A stretch of 49,383 bases of DNA from a virus (lineage: Duplodnaviria > Caudoviricetes): IMG/VR virus record IMGVR_UViG_3300027533_000027, positions 1 to 49,383 of that record. One strand, given 5' to 3'. Positions 9,297 to 18,975 of the stretch are shown piece by piece (positions within the stretch are counted from its first letter, which is position 1; each line of letters opens with the position of its first letter). A program made the translations under genes and the position numbers. The notes below the pieces were generated by a model that worked only from the letters and a program-made list of their open reading frames with translations, was not told the DNA's origin and ran no database searches.

Positions 9297-11302
9297 TATG
9301 CTAATTCCTTTGCTAATACGTTATGCAGGATGCGCCGCAAATCGGTAATGTCCATTGCGTGCAATTTCTTTCCTACAACTCTTGCCCGTATATCCTCATC
9401 AACCGTACCCGGTACAACTAGATCGGTAATGCGAGTAGGTACGCGCGTACCGCGCCGGTTTGCTCTATCTTCGCTTTGCTGGCGTGCGATTGCGGACCAG
9501 TTTTGAGAGTAATAGATTACATGGTCCGCATTGGTTGTGTACTTGTCCGGGTTGAGTTTGTCATACCCTAGAAGATTCAACCCTTGACCGCCAGCGGCAG
9601 CGTTGCCAAATAACCATTGACAATTGGGGTCGCAATTAAACCTATCTTCGGCAATCTTTCGTTGCGCATCTTTCGTTTTGCCGGTATAGGTAACGTAATC
9701 TAACCCGTCCTGTTGCGCCATGCTTTCCAGATATTCTATATCCGGGGTGAAACATGCCCAAACAATTGTTTTGTTGTCTTTCGTTTTGGTGCTGGCGATT
9801 TCTCGGATTGCCTCAATCTTGGGATTGGGTACGAAATACTCAATCCGTGCGCTGCTCAACAACTCGCCAAAATCATCGAACGATTCTCCCCAACTTACAA
9901 ACCCCGATGTAATTTGAGTCAACCGCAACAGTTTGGTTAGTACGTTATTGATAACCATACTGCGCGGCATCGAATCATTTGACAAATCCGCTTCTATTTC
10001 CAACGCCAACTTTGCAGCAACTTCGCGGTAATACTCCCGCTGTTGTTCCGACATTTCAACTTCGTAAATGTCGTATTGCTTCTGCGGTAGGTCTGGCAAT
10101 GCCTCATCTTTGCGGATTATGAAAGAGTACCGCGCTAGTCGCTCTTTCATGTAAGGTGCATTCTGGATTGATACTAGCGCCCTATGTCCTGATTCGGTAA
10201 CTTCGTAATTACCGTAAAACTCTTTCCAATGCTCAAAAGAGCTAAACCCGCTGTACCCTTTACCCATAAACTCAAATAGCGCGAACAAATCCAACGCGCT
10301 ATTGGCAATCGGTGTACCGGTCAAGACTAGCCGCTGTTGCGACTTGTCCCGCAGTTTCATGGCGGTTTGGTTTCGCTTTGTCTTAATGGAGCGAATCGAA
10401 TGCCCCTCATCCAAAATCGAAATGTCCCAATCAACCATAGACAACGCATCCCAACTACGGGATAGCGTTTCGTAACCGCAGACAACTAGCGTAAAGAGCG
10501 GCGAAGGCTCATCGGGGTTTTCTGATTTCTGCGCCGTGAACGCATCAATCAATTGTTTAACCCGGTCAACTTCGGGACCACGCAAAACGGTTACTTGTCC
10601 CGGTACAGTTGCAAACAATTGAATTTCATTTTGCCAATTCAATCGCACATTGTTAGGACAAACAACTAGACCGCGATACATGCGGTACGGTTGTTCTCCC
10701 GCCGCGATTTGCTCCGCAAGGTACTTTGCAGCATTGCAGATAATCGCAATTGCTGGCGGGGTCTTACCCGTCCCTTGCTCCATAAAGAAACCGTATCCGG
10801 GTGACTGCAAACCGCAGTACATCGCAACTTGCTGATACGGGGATAACGGGCGCTCTTCGCTGAATTCGTACCAATGCTCCGGTACGGTTTTGTTTGCTTT
10901 CCATTGCGCATTGATTTCCGCGCAAATGTCGGCATAGGTTGAGCGCGCTAGGATGAAATCAAATGTTGATTTCGTTTCCTCATCATGGAATTCTAATTTG
11001 TCTTTCGGCCAAAGGGAATCAATTAGCTCAACCGTGTAATCGGTTGCGGCGAATTCCCAAGCGTAGGGAGAATATCCCGTTGTAACTTTTTTCCGCTCCG
11101 CAAAACGATTGATGAAATGCTGCGCCGATGTTGACGGCATGTATTTGTAGGTCTGCGGATAGCGACCGTTAGCGCTAGGCAGACTCCAAAAATCAGCAAC
11201 GAATTTATCCAATTCGTTTGATACGGTTAATCGGCAACGGTCTGATTCGTCAATGTCTGCGGGACGGAACAACTCCGCAGTTTCTTTACTAAGCGGTTTC
11301 AT
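9296..11302 (-). CDS. SNF2-family superfamily 2 helicase
   Basis: EQGTGKT, LVVCP, DEGH, LTGTP, GGQGLNL, QSEDRANRRG. Confidence 0.93.
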   Translation of the reverse strand: MKPLSKETAELFRPADIDESDRCRLTVSNELDKFVADFWSLPSANGRYPQTYKYMPSTSAQHFINRFAERKKVTTGYSPYAWEFAATDYTVELIDSLWPKDKLEFHDEETKSTFDFILARSTYADICAEINAQWKANKTVPEHWYEFSEERPLSPYQQVAMYCGLQSPGYGFFMEQGTGKTPPAIAIICNAAKYLAEQIAAGEQPYRMYRGLVVCPNNVRLNWQNEIQLFATVPGQVTVLRGPEVDRVKQLIDAFTAQKSENPDEPSPLFTLVVCGYETLSRSWDALSMVDWDISILDEGHSIRSIKTKRNQTAMKLRDKSQQRLVLTGTPIANSALDLFALFEFMGKGYSGFSSFEHWKEFYGNYEVTESGHRALVSIQNAPYMKERLARYSFIIRKDEALPDLPQKQYDIYEVEMSEQQREYYREVAAKLALEIEADLSNDSMPRSMVINNVLTKLLRLTQITSGFVSWGESFDDFGELLSSARIEYFVPNPKIEAIREIASTKTKDNKTIVWACFTPDIEYLESMAQQDGLDYVTYTGKTKDAQRKIAEDRFNCDPNCQWLFGNAAAGGQGLNLLGYDKLNPDKYTTNADHVIYYSQNWSAIARQQSEDRANRRGTRVPTRITDLVVPGTVDEDIRARVVGKKLHAMDITDLRRILHNVLAKELA

Positions 11303-11386
11303 GGAAAGAGTTTCCTAGAGCGGTATTGCGATATGGTACTATGCCGCACGGTAGCGGGTCGCGGGTGACTCTCCCGCGATGCCACA

Positions 11387-11414
11387 AGGGTAGCGACCCG
11401 CCAGCGGTTGTCAA
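11387..11414 (-). promoter_or_regulatory. Candidate leftward sigma-70 promoter for the replication arm
   Basis: Minus strand TTGACA-N16-TACCCT, flanked by GCGACCCG repeats. Confidence 0.45.
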
Positions 11415-11752
11415 GGGGTCAAGCGACCCGATAAACCCCCGGTAAACCCCGCCCGCTGGCCGCTGGCGGCAGCGGACCACGGGGAGGGCTAGGAACACTA
11501 CTATACTAGGCGCGTGCGGAGCGACCCGCCAAGCGGCCAACGTAGGGGTTGTTTGTACCCGGTTTCTGGCCGCTCCCGTGGTCGCTCCCGTCGTTGAAAT
11601 TGAATCGAATTGCTCAAAACGTATCGCGGAATTCCGATTTCGTGTAACTCATTACGGGATAACGATTTGCGCAATCGTCTAAATGCAATTCGATTGCAAC
11701 TAAGTGTCTAGTTCATTTAGACCCGTTTTCTGGACACGAATTGAGAAAATTT

Positions 11753-11777
11753 TAACTCGTTATCTGCAAACGAGTTA
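11753..11777. promoter_or_regulatory. Operator-like palindrome
   Basis: TAACTCGTT-N7-AACGAGTTA. Confidence 0.6.
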
Positions 11778-11821
11778 CGACGAATTTTAATTGAATTCGC
11801 GGATTGATTAAAAGATTTCGT

Positions 11822-11850
11822 TTGCAGCGACGATTTACCTTGTGTACAAT
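11822..11850 (+). promoter_or_regulatory. Rightward early sigma-70 promoter
   Basis: TTGCAG-N17-TACAAT with extended -10 TG. Confidence 0.6.
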
Positions 11851-11891
11851 CAACGCATCACGGGAACGAAACAACGAAACGCAAAGGACGA

Positions 11892-12119
11892 ATGAAAATG
11901 AACGTCTATAAAATCCAGAGCCAGGCGACGATTGCCAGCGATGGCTGGCCCGATGGAATCCGCACGATCTATTCACGCAGGCGGTCGCCTGATGCTGTAG
12001 CGCGGCATGAAACGACGGCCGCAGAACGTGCCGTGCATGTGTGCGTCACGCAATTGACTGGCCGCGGGAAGGGCCTGTTTTTCGCCGGGATTCCGACACT
12101 GCATTTTCGCCGACCGTAG
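11892..12119 (+). CDS. Hypothetical early protein
   Basis: AAGGA RBS; first ORF after the promoter. Confidence 0.55.
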   Translation: MKMNVYKIQSQATIASDGWPDGIRTIYSRRRSPDAVARHETTAAERAVHVCVTQLTGRGKGLFFAGIPTLHFRRP

Positions 12120-12160
12120 ATCATGCTCAATACATCAATAGTGCGAAAGGTAAACCAGAA

Positions 12161-12535
12161 ATGAAAACCGCAAACGTAATCGTACAGCGTGGAAAGTTGG
12201 TCGATTTTGAGAGTTTGTTAAATCGCAATGATCGGTGGTTTCGACAACTGGCGACAAATGAAAACTTCGCCGCTTACGAAGTTGAAACCGCAAACCCGGA
12301 AAACTTTATCGTTTGGGTTATTGACCAGACGATAGGAAATGTTCGCCCGATTCTGGCGAATAGTAAACCGGGAATTACGGTTGAGTACCATGAAATGGCG
12401 CGGATGCGTTGGCAAGTTTGGTCAACCGATGAGAACGGAAACCGAACGATGCTTGCGGAGTTGCAAACGCAAGTTGCCGCAATCAATTTCGCCGCAAGTA
12501 TGGCGGTTGCTGTTGTCGCGTGGTCGGAAAGGTGA
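12161..12535 (+). CDS. Hypothetical early protein
   Basis: AAGG RBS before ATG 12161. Confidence 0.65.
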   Translation: MKTANVIVQRGKLVDFESLLNRNDRWFRQLATNENFAAYEVETANPENFIVWVIDQTIGNVRPILANSKPGITVEYHEMARMRWQVWSTDENGNRTMLAELQTQVAAINFAASMAVAVVAWSER

Positions 12536-12627
12536 AACGGTTACGTTGTCCGTACCCGTCCCGGTGGTTGAGCAACCGCCAAGCGTGTACTACGTCGCCA
12601 TTACTTACATCACGGGAAACCTAATCC

Positions 12628-12699
12628 ATGAAAACCGCTCTATTCGTCGCGTACTGTATTCTGTGTTTGGCAATCGCTTGTGCGGTTGTCGCGTGGTAG
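12628..12699 (+). CDS. 23-aa hydrophobic peptide MKTALFVAYCILCLAIACAVVAW
   Basis: Read directly from the sequence; below the ORF track cutoff. Confidence 0.4.
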   Translation: MKTALFVAYCILCLAIACAVVAW

Positions 12700-12730
12700 T
12701 TCTCAATAGTGCGATAGGGAGAATGAGACA

Positions 12731-13138
12731 ATGGAAAACTTGGAAGTTGGCGACATTGTTACTGTCAACGAATCAAACACGAAATGCCGAATCATGGAAC
12801 GTGGCGGCAACTTGTGTTTACTTGAAACGGTTGAAGGTGCAAACCCATTCGGTACGGTTCACGCAAATCATTTGCGTTTTGTGTACCGTCCCGAAGATAG
12901 GGCGCATCGGGTTGGGGTTAAGCAGTTTTCGGACGTTCCGCCCGGTACTCTGTTTAATCTTGGCGATTCAACGTACTTGAAACTTGGCGGGTATCCCGTG
13001 TTGAGCGTAAACGCTGTTTACGTTGGAACGTACACGATAGAACAACCAACATTGGAACCGGGGTCGCTGGTCCGTATCGAATCAATCGCGGCAACAACCC
13101 CGCCGAAAATCTGGTTATCCCACGCTTGCAGACCGTAG
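12731..13138 (+). CDS. Hypothetical protein (SH3/KOW-like beta-rich N-terminus)
   Basis: GGGAG RBS; LEVGDIVTV start. Confidence 0.65.
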   Translation: MENLEVGDIVTVNESNTKCRIMERGGNLCLLETVEGANPFGTVHANHLRFVYRPEDRAHRVGVKQFSDVPPGTLFNLGDSTYLKLGGYPVLSVNAVYVGTYTIEQPTLEPGSLVRIESIAATTPPKIWLSHACRP

Positions 13139-13158
13139 AAAATTTTTGGTTCCCGCTA

Positions 13159-13187
13159 TTGACAGCGGGAACCGGGTAGCTTAGGAT
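13159..13187 (+). promoter_or_regulatory. Sigma-70 promoter overlapped by a palindrome
   Basis: TTGACA-N17-TAGGAT; GGTTCCCGCT/AGCGGGAACC arms surround the -35. Confidence 0.75.
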
Positions 13188-13269
13188 TCGTGTAACTGGC
13201 GGCAACCGCGAATCGCTCAACATCCGCCGCAATTTCTGTTTCTCAATTCCACTTGAAAGGGTTTGTACA

Positions 13270-13938
13270 ATGGCCGCTCCCGCTACTACCGTTACCGGCG
13301 CGAATCGTCCTGTTGTTCCGAATCGTCCCGCGCCGCCCGCCGCTGGCAAACCGGCAATTCCTGCCGCTGCCGCGCGTCCCGCCGCTGCGCCGCCTGCCGC
13401 TCCGGTTGCGGAAGTTGCGCCGGAAGTTTCCGCCGCTCCGGTTGCGGAAACCGCGAACGGCGCGCCCGAAACGAAAAAGCGAAAGGGCGGGCGCAAAAAG
13501 GGGAGCGGCAGCAAGTCAACGCTTGTCGCGTATCCGGGGTTGTTCGTCTATGACGAAAACAATCAACCCGTGATGGTCGATTCTGGAAAGGTTGACGCGC
13601 AGAACCAACCCATCATGGAACATCAGCGCGGCAAGTTGACCGCGATTCCAACCGATTTCAACCCCGCCACGCATACGAAACTGAAATCCACGGATTTCGT
13701 TGACGAATCCGTATTTCTGGAATTCCGCGCGGGGTCGCTGGAATCGCTTGCAGCGAAGATGCGGGCGCGTGCGGAACAACTCCGCAAACTCGGATCGGTT
13801 GACGATCGCGCACGGGCAAACAAGTTGCTCAAGATGCGCGAAAGCATGGCGAAGTTGCAAGAGCAACTGAAATCGCAAGGCATTGACGTTGATGCTTTGA
13901 TGAGCGGCAGCGATGCCGCCGCTTCCAACGCTGCCTAA
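13270..13938 (+). CDS. Ala/Pro-rich protein with basic KRKGGRKKGSG patch and C-terminal coiled coil; possible DNA-binding protein
   Basis: Own promoter, RBS, downstream hairpins. Confidence 0.75.
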   Translation: MAAPATTVTGANRPVVPNRPAPPAAGKPAIPAAAARPAAAPPAAPVAEVAPEVSAAPVAETANGAPETKKRKGGRKKGSGSKSTLVAYPGLFVYDENNQPVMVDSGKVDAQNQPIMEHQRGKLTAIPTDFNPATHTKLKSTDFVDESVFLEFRAGSLESLAAKMRARAEQLRKLGSVDDRARANKLLKMRESMAKLQEQLKSQGIDVDALMSGSDAAASNAA

Positions 13939-13956
13939 CCGTGAATGGTTGTTGCA

Positions 13957-14039
13957 CCCGCCGCACGGTGATTACTCCCGTGCGGCGGGAAACGAATTGC
14001 AGTAATTGAATTCCGTTCACTACTGCAATTCGTTTCCCG
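13957..14039 (+). other. Two overlapping long hairpins
   Basis: 12-bp stem 13957-13968/13978-13989 and 19-bp perfect stem 13986-14004/14021-14039. Confidence 0.8.
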
Positions 14040-14076
14040 TAGTTTCTGTTTCTTTGTCCACTTATGGAGTTTTGGT

Positions 14077-14334
14077 ATGCACAACCAGCAAGCAACGTAC
14101 ACACTCGCCAACGCGGGGTTGATGAGTGCGGCAATTGATGCCGTTGCACAACGTCGCGGATTCGTTCGCGTGGAAAACGAAGTTTCGCTAACGGTAATGG
14201 CGAATGCGGATACAATGCCGCAGATTCGGGAAGCAATCGAATTGCTCAACAAACCGGGAACCAGCGACGCGCCGCCAGCGGTTGAGGGTGAAGCGGTCCC
14301 TACGGAAAGCGACCCCGCCACCCCGACGGAATAA
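14077..14334 (+). CDS. Hypothetical protein
   Basis: GGAG RBS. Confidence 0.65.
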   Translation: MHNQQATYTLANAGLMSAAIDAVAQRRGFVRVENEVSLTVMANADTMPQIREAIELLNKPGTSDAPPAVEGEAVPTESDPATPTE

Positions 14335-14396
14335 GCGTTTCCGGGTGCTGTCCCGTGGTCGATGAGTAGCGGCCAAAAATTTCCCTTGTGGTGCTA

Positions 14397-14425
14397 TTGA
14401 CTCGCCTACAACGCCGCTGTAGGAT
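14397..14425 (+). promoter_or_regulatory. Sigma-70 promoter enclosed in a 13-bp inverted repeat
   Basis: TTGACT-N17-TAGGAT between TCCCTTGTGGTGC (14382-14394) and GCACCACAAGGGA (14428-14440). Confidence 0.75.
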
Positions 14426-14478
14426 TCGCACCACAAGGGATTTAATACTGCAATAATGCCTCTTTTTCCGGGTGCTTT

Positions 14479-14985
14479 ATGGACAACCCCGCCGCTCCGG
14501 TCCCCTCCCCCGTGACTTCGGTTGCCGCTCCGCTTGCGGAGTACCCGCAGTTGAGCGACCCGACTAACCGGGAGTTGCAAGCAACGATGATAGCGGAAGT
14601 GCGCAGCCTATTCCGCGACTTGCAACAACCTGCCCGCATGGATTCGGAAATTGCTTCCATTGATAAGCAGACTGCCGAAATCATGGAAACAGCGCAGGCG
14701 CAACTAGACCGGCTAGACCAACGGCGCGCACGATTGGTTGAGCGACGCGCGAACATCCGCGAATTGTACATTACAGCATCCGAACAATTAGACGAATTGA
14801 ACGGACGTTTGCGAGTGCAACAGAATCGCGGCGCAATCCAACAACTGTTGGATATGAAACGGAAGATTGCCGAAATGGAAGCGGCAGGAATTGATACATC
14901 AATTCTATTTCAGAATGAGACTGTTGAGACAACAGACGTAACCACAACCCCGGAACCGGAATCCGCTGCAATGGAAGCGGCATAG
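14479..14985 (+). CDS. Coiled-coil hypothetical protein
   Basis: Heptad-rich 168-aa ORF after the promoter. Confidence 0.75.
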   Translation: MDNPAAPVPSPVTSVAAPLAEYPQLSDPTNRELQATMIAEVRSLFRDLQQPARMDSEIASIDKQTAEIMETAQAQLDRLDQRRARLVERRANIRELYITASEQLDELNGRLRVQQNRGAIQQLLDMKRKIAEMEAAGIDTSILFQNETVETTDVTTTPEPESAAMEAA

Positions 14986-14992
14986 TACAAGA

Positions 14993-15241
14993 GTGCATCT
15001 AATGACAATGGTTGCCATTGTCCGCATTGGGAAAGAATCGGCAGCGTTTTTACAGAGTCAACACGCGACCGATTGGGTTGAGGATAAATTTCCCAATGCC
15101 CATATTTCACCATCGGGAGCGATCCGCGCCAAAGATGCATACGACAACATGCGAATTGTTGGAACAGTAGAAGCGTTTCCGTTGTTGGATATGCCGGGAG
15201 AGTTGCTAGACCAGAAACCGCCAGCAAACATATTGCGATAA
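14993..15241 (+). CDS. Hypothetical protein
   Basis: Collinear ORF; start uncertain. Confidence 0.55.
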   Translation: MHLMTMVAIVRIGKESAAFLQSQHATDWVEDKFPNAHISPSGAIRAKDAYDNMRIVGTVEAFPLLDMPGELLDQKPPANILR

Positions 15242-15253
15242 GGAAAAAGAGCG

Positions 15254-15514
15254 ATGATACTGAAATTGAGCGTAAACAAATCCGGTAGCTTTCACCATGA
15301 AAGCGAATTGCCCGCAGAGTCAAAAGACTTTGCAGCGGCGGTAGAACATGCGATTGCATACGCAAAAGCGAATCGCGGTTTGCAAATACAATTGCAATTG
15401 GTTGACAACTCGCAACCAATGATTGATTACGCATACACCCTTTTTCAAGTTGAGTACCCGTACTTGGAAGAATTCATGTTGCGCGCCGTGCGCAAAGCAA
15501 ACATCGGGTACTAA
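15254..15514 (+). CDS. Hypothetical protein
   Basis: AAGGA RBS. Confidence 0.65.
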   Translation: MILKLSVNKSGSFHHESELPAESKDFAAAVEHAIAYAKANRGLQIQLQLVDNSQPMIDYAYTLFQVEYPYLEEFMLRAVRKANIGY

Positions 15515-15526
15515 GGTACGGATACC

Positions 15527-15841
15527 ATGCCAATAGCATTGCACAAACCTACATACATGGCAGTATTTGCGGACCAATTGCGGGAGTACCGCAACGGCAA
15601 ATACAATACGCCGCTGATTGTGACGCATGACAGCGCACTAGAAGCGCTGCAATATCTGTTGTTCGTTTGCGACGATGAGGATTGCAGAAACTTGGAAACC
15701 TTTTATGCGGTCAAGGTTTGGTTGGTCCCACCATGCACCGAAGTTGACCACGATTCCAAGTATTGTCAAAACGTAATCCGCTCCGCAACTCCCGCGCTTG
15801 AATCGTTGGTTGATTGTGTACCCCGCCCATACCGCAAATAG
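15527..15841 (+). CDS. Hypothetical protein
   Basis: Collinear ORF with RBS. Confidence 0.65.
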   Translation: MPIALHKPTYMAVFADQLREYRNGKYNTPLIVTHDSALEALQYLLFVCDDEDCRNLETFYAVKVWLVPPCTEVDHDSKYCQNVIRSATPALESLVDCVPRPYRK

Positions 15842-15861
15842 TGCAATACGGATAGTGCAAT

Positions 15862-16704
15862 ATGAAAATCAAAACAACTGTTTACGATGCAACCAAAGGG
15901 AGAACGTACCGATACGCGCACGTCAAGCGCGATGGTCATTTTCTAAATGTGGTTCGCTCTAGTGGGGATGGTAAATCGTTTGCGTGGACTAGCAGACCAA
16001 CAAACGTAATCGAACAACTACCCGGCAGACTCATTGATATAATTGAGCATCTTCCATTAGGTACGTCGCTTGCGGGTGAATTGTGGATTCCCGGCAAACG
16101 GGCAAGCGATGTAAAAACCGCTCTTGCGGAGTCTGGCGAACAACTGGAATACCATGTATTTGCAATTTTAGGGTATCCGAATTTCGACCCCAACCGATTG
16201 CATGTACTCCCGCTGGATAACGTGCAACGATTGGTTGAGGAAATGGGATTTCATTTCATCCCGTTCCTATCTCAACCGTTCAACCCCGCCACGCTGTTAG
16301 CAAGTCTTAAACCGGATTGGGAAGGTTTTGTATTGAAAAACGGCAACTTGCTGGATTGGGCGAAGTTGAAACCGCGAACCACAATTGATTTGATTGTAAC
16401 TGGTTTCATTGACGGGGAGGGGAAGTACGCAAATCAAATCGGGTCGCTTCGCTGCTCAACTGCGGAAGGGTACGAAGTTGCAAACGTATCCGGCATGACA
16501 GATACGCAACGGCGCGGAATGTCGCTCCAATCCGAAACAGTACGCGGGAGCGTGGTAGAAGTTGAGTATCAGGGAGTTGGCGCAAAGGGTCGATTGCGTC
16601 ACCCGTCGTTTGTTCGATTGCGAGACGATAAACCCGCCAGCGAATGTACTGCCGATCAAGATTGCGATTTGTCTGCCGCATGGAAAGACGGCAGATTGTT
16701 CTAG
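15862..16704 (+). CDS. Minimal ATP-dependent DNA ligase
   Basis: Motif I KRDG, LAGEL, EGFVLK, AKLKP, OB domain EVEYQ...GRLRHPSFVRLRDDK. Confidence 0.93.
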   Translation: MKIKTTVYDATKGRTYRYAHVKRDGHFLNVVRSSGDGKSFAWTSRPTNVIEQLPGRLIDIIEHLPLGTSLAGELWIPGKRASDVKTALAESGEQLEYHVFAILGYPNFDPNRLHVLPLDNVQRLVEEMGFHFIPFLSQPFNPATLLASLKPDWEGFVLKNGNLLDWAKLKPRTTIDLIVTGFIDGEGKYANQIGSLRCSTAEGYEVANVSGMTDTQRRGMSLQSETVRGSVVEVEYQGVGAKGRLRHPSFVRLRDDKPASECTADQDCDLSAAWKDGRLF

Positions 16705-16986
16705 TATGGATTTACAGGTACAATGCACCCCGTAGCGATATTACTTGCAATCCTTTGCGTAGCAGATTCGGGTATTTGCCTTTGCAGTATCCAAATCCGT
16801 ACCATCATCTATGCGATTGTCAAGTTTAGCAAAGGTTGCATTGTACCATTTTCGCAAAGACCATTACAACGCCCATCGTCCTACGGTTAGCTTCGGATGA
16901 GTTACGCTCATCAACTCGCCTAGCGGCGGGGTATGTTTTCCCTCCGGTTACTTCTCCGCCCGCTAGGTTTATATTGCAATACTGCC

Positions 16987-17505
16987 ATGAAACTTTATCA
17001 AACAATACACAAATACACAGAAGCGGAAGCGCGGCAATACATCGCGGTCCAACATGCGAAGTATTGGGATACGCTGCAAAGATTTTGTAGAGAATATACT
17101 GCGTACAAACCGCCAGCAATTCCGTCATATCGGATTGTGGATTCTGTATTTCCTCATTGCGGCCAATACAACCCTAACACAAACACTTGTCAATACTCAT
17201 TGGCATACTGTGTTTACGAAGGGGAGAACTACCGCGAAACGGTAGCGCATGAATTGTGCCACGCAATGCACCACCGAATATACAAAAGCAAACCCGCGCA
17301 CGGTTCCGATTTCTTATGGTTGCTACGGGACATTTGCAAATTTCCCGATGCACAAGCAACGCATACGCTCCCTATCAATGTGGTTGAGCAAATCGGCAAT
17401 GAGTTGGTTGAAATGCGGGGAGGATTAGCAAACGATGTTTCGCTGCTAGATAAACCTCTATCCCAGCGCATTGCGGAATTGAATAAAAGGATGCGCCCGC
17501 AATGA
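16987..17505 (+). CDS. SprT-like zinc metalloprotease
   Basis: ETVAHELCH (HExxH) followed by HG..F. Confidence 0.8.
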   Translation: MKLYQTIHKYTEAEARQYIAVQHAKYWDTLQRFCREYTAYKPPAIPSYRIVDSVFPHCGQYNPNTNTCQYSLAYCVYEGENYRETVAHELCHAMHHRIYKSKPAHGSDFLWLLRDICKFPDAQATHTLPINVVEQIGNELVEMRGGLANDVSLLDKPLSQRIAELNKRMRPQ

Positions 17506-18068
17506 AACGATGGCAACAAATTCGCGGACATACCAACGACAATGAATGTCAATGGTTACACTCGCAAGCGTTATGCCGCACAACGATAGTTGAGATTGGC
17601 GTATATCTAGGCCGATCAACTGCCGCTCTAGCTACTGGCATGGCGGACGATAGCGGGCGCGTGTACGGTATCGACACTTGGCAAGGGGGACCAGCGGAGC
17701 GGGATAAATGGCATCCTGAATTCGTTACGGTTGAGGGTCAAGATACCTACTATCTGGAAGCGCTCAAAAACCTACACGGTTTGCCGGTTACTCTCATTCG
17801 CGCGCCGTCGGAACGTGCATACGTTCTATTTAACAACATCAAAATTGATATGTTGTTTATTGATGGCGGGCACGATTACAACTCTGTATTCCGTGATATA
17901 CAACTATATCAGCAATACATGGCAGAAGGTGGATTGATAAGCGGGCATGATTACAACGGCAATTGGCCGGATGTTATCCGCGCTGTCAATGATTCATTTG
18001 GTAAAAAGAATATCCAACGTGGTCCAAATTCTATTTGGTTTAAGGAATATGAATTCGTTACCAAATAG
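17502..18068 (+). CDS. Class I SAM-dependent methyltransferase (Methyltransf_24-like)
   Basis: VEIGVYLGRS, GIDTW, DMLFIDGGHDY, GGLISGHDY. Confidence 0.9.
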   Translation: MKRWQQIRGHTNDNECQWLHSQALCRTTIVEIGVYLGRSTAALATGMADDSGRVYGIDTWQGGPAERDKWHPEFVTVEGQDTYYLEALKNLHGLPVTLIRAPSERAYVLFNNIKIDMLFIDGGHDYNSVFRDIQLYQQYMAEGGLISGHDYNGNWPDVIRAVNDSFGKKNIQRGPNSIWFKEYEFVTK

Positions 18069-18415
18069 GCCGGCGCATGTTCGGATGCGAGATACGCAAA
18101 TCATCATACCTAACCCCGGTAAGGTTGATGATGCGACGTACAAACGAAACATCCAAGCGGCAGCGGACGCAATAGCGGTAATCGAAATCGCGGGCGATCA
18201 ACCGTTGCGCTTTTACGAATGTCTGATTTCTGAATGCAACAAACAAATACAGCGAATCAATGATGAGCGATCAAAGAAACGAACCACCTAAAACACTTTG
18301 CGAAGCGTGCGAAGAATTCCGCAACGCATGGTTAGCATTGATGGAAGTTTCATTATTTCCAATCGTGCGGCCAATACTTGAATTCTTATTATGGTTGATG
18401 AAAGGGCAATAGAGC

Positions 18416-18973
18416 ATGTTCGCCGCAATTGATTGGTTTTTAGAGTACGGGGATTTTGATGAGGCGCAACTAGAATGTTTGCAATTTCAACATTGCAGAT
18501 TCTTACAAGACTTCGGACCATTCAAGCAAGGGGAAATCGTTGATTGCCTTGCTTTCAACTTTGTTGAGGGTACTTGTACAGAGTACATCGACGGGGGAGC
18601 GAAGCAAGGCAGACAATGCAAATTCGCTGTTGCTGCCTTTGATGCCTCATTGATTGCGGCAGCGGCGGAATTGTCGCCAACGCCAACAGCGGCAGACCTA
18701 AGCGAAGCAATCGCACGCAATGACAACATCCAAGATAGCGGCGAAGTGATTTGCAAAGCGCCCGCTACGCTGTTGATAACGCCAGAAATGCGGCAAGAGT
18801 TAGACGCATTTTCCGGTTACAACCTTACGATTGTTCCTACGAAAATCGTTTGCCCGCATTGTGGCAAACCGAATGTAATGATTGTTCCCGATTCAGAACA
18901 TTTCATTTGCGCGGATTGCAACCAAATTTGCATTAACCCGGATGCTGTTGCCACCGATACGGAAATCATCTAA
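18416..18973 (+). CDS. Hypothetical protein with C-terminal zinc ribbon
   Basis: CPHCG...CADC. Confidence 0.65.
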   Translation: MFAAIDWFLEYGDFDEAQLECLQFQHCRFLQDFGPFKQGEIVDCLAFNFVEGTCTEYIDGGAKQGRQCKFAVAAFDASLIAAAAELSPTPTAADLSEAIARNDNIQDSGEVICKAPATLLITPEMRQELDAFSGYNLTIVPTKIVCPHCGKPNVMIVPDSEHFICADCNQICINPDAVATDTEII

Positions 18974-18975
18974 TC

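Noticed and set aside
12954-13928. Several overlapping ORFs on both strands around 13270-13938
   Set aside because: By-products of GC-rich Ala/Pro codons; only 13270-13938 has a promoter, RBS and downstream hairpins
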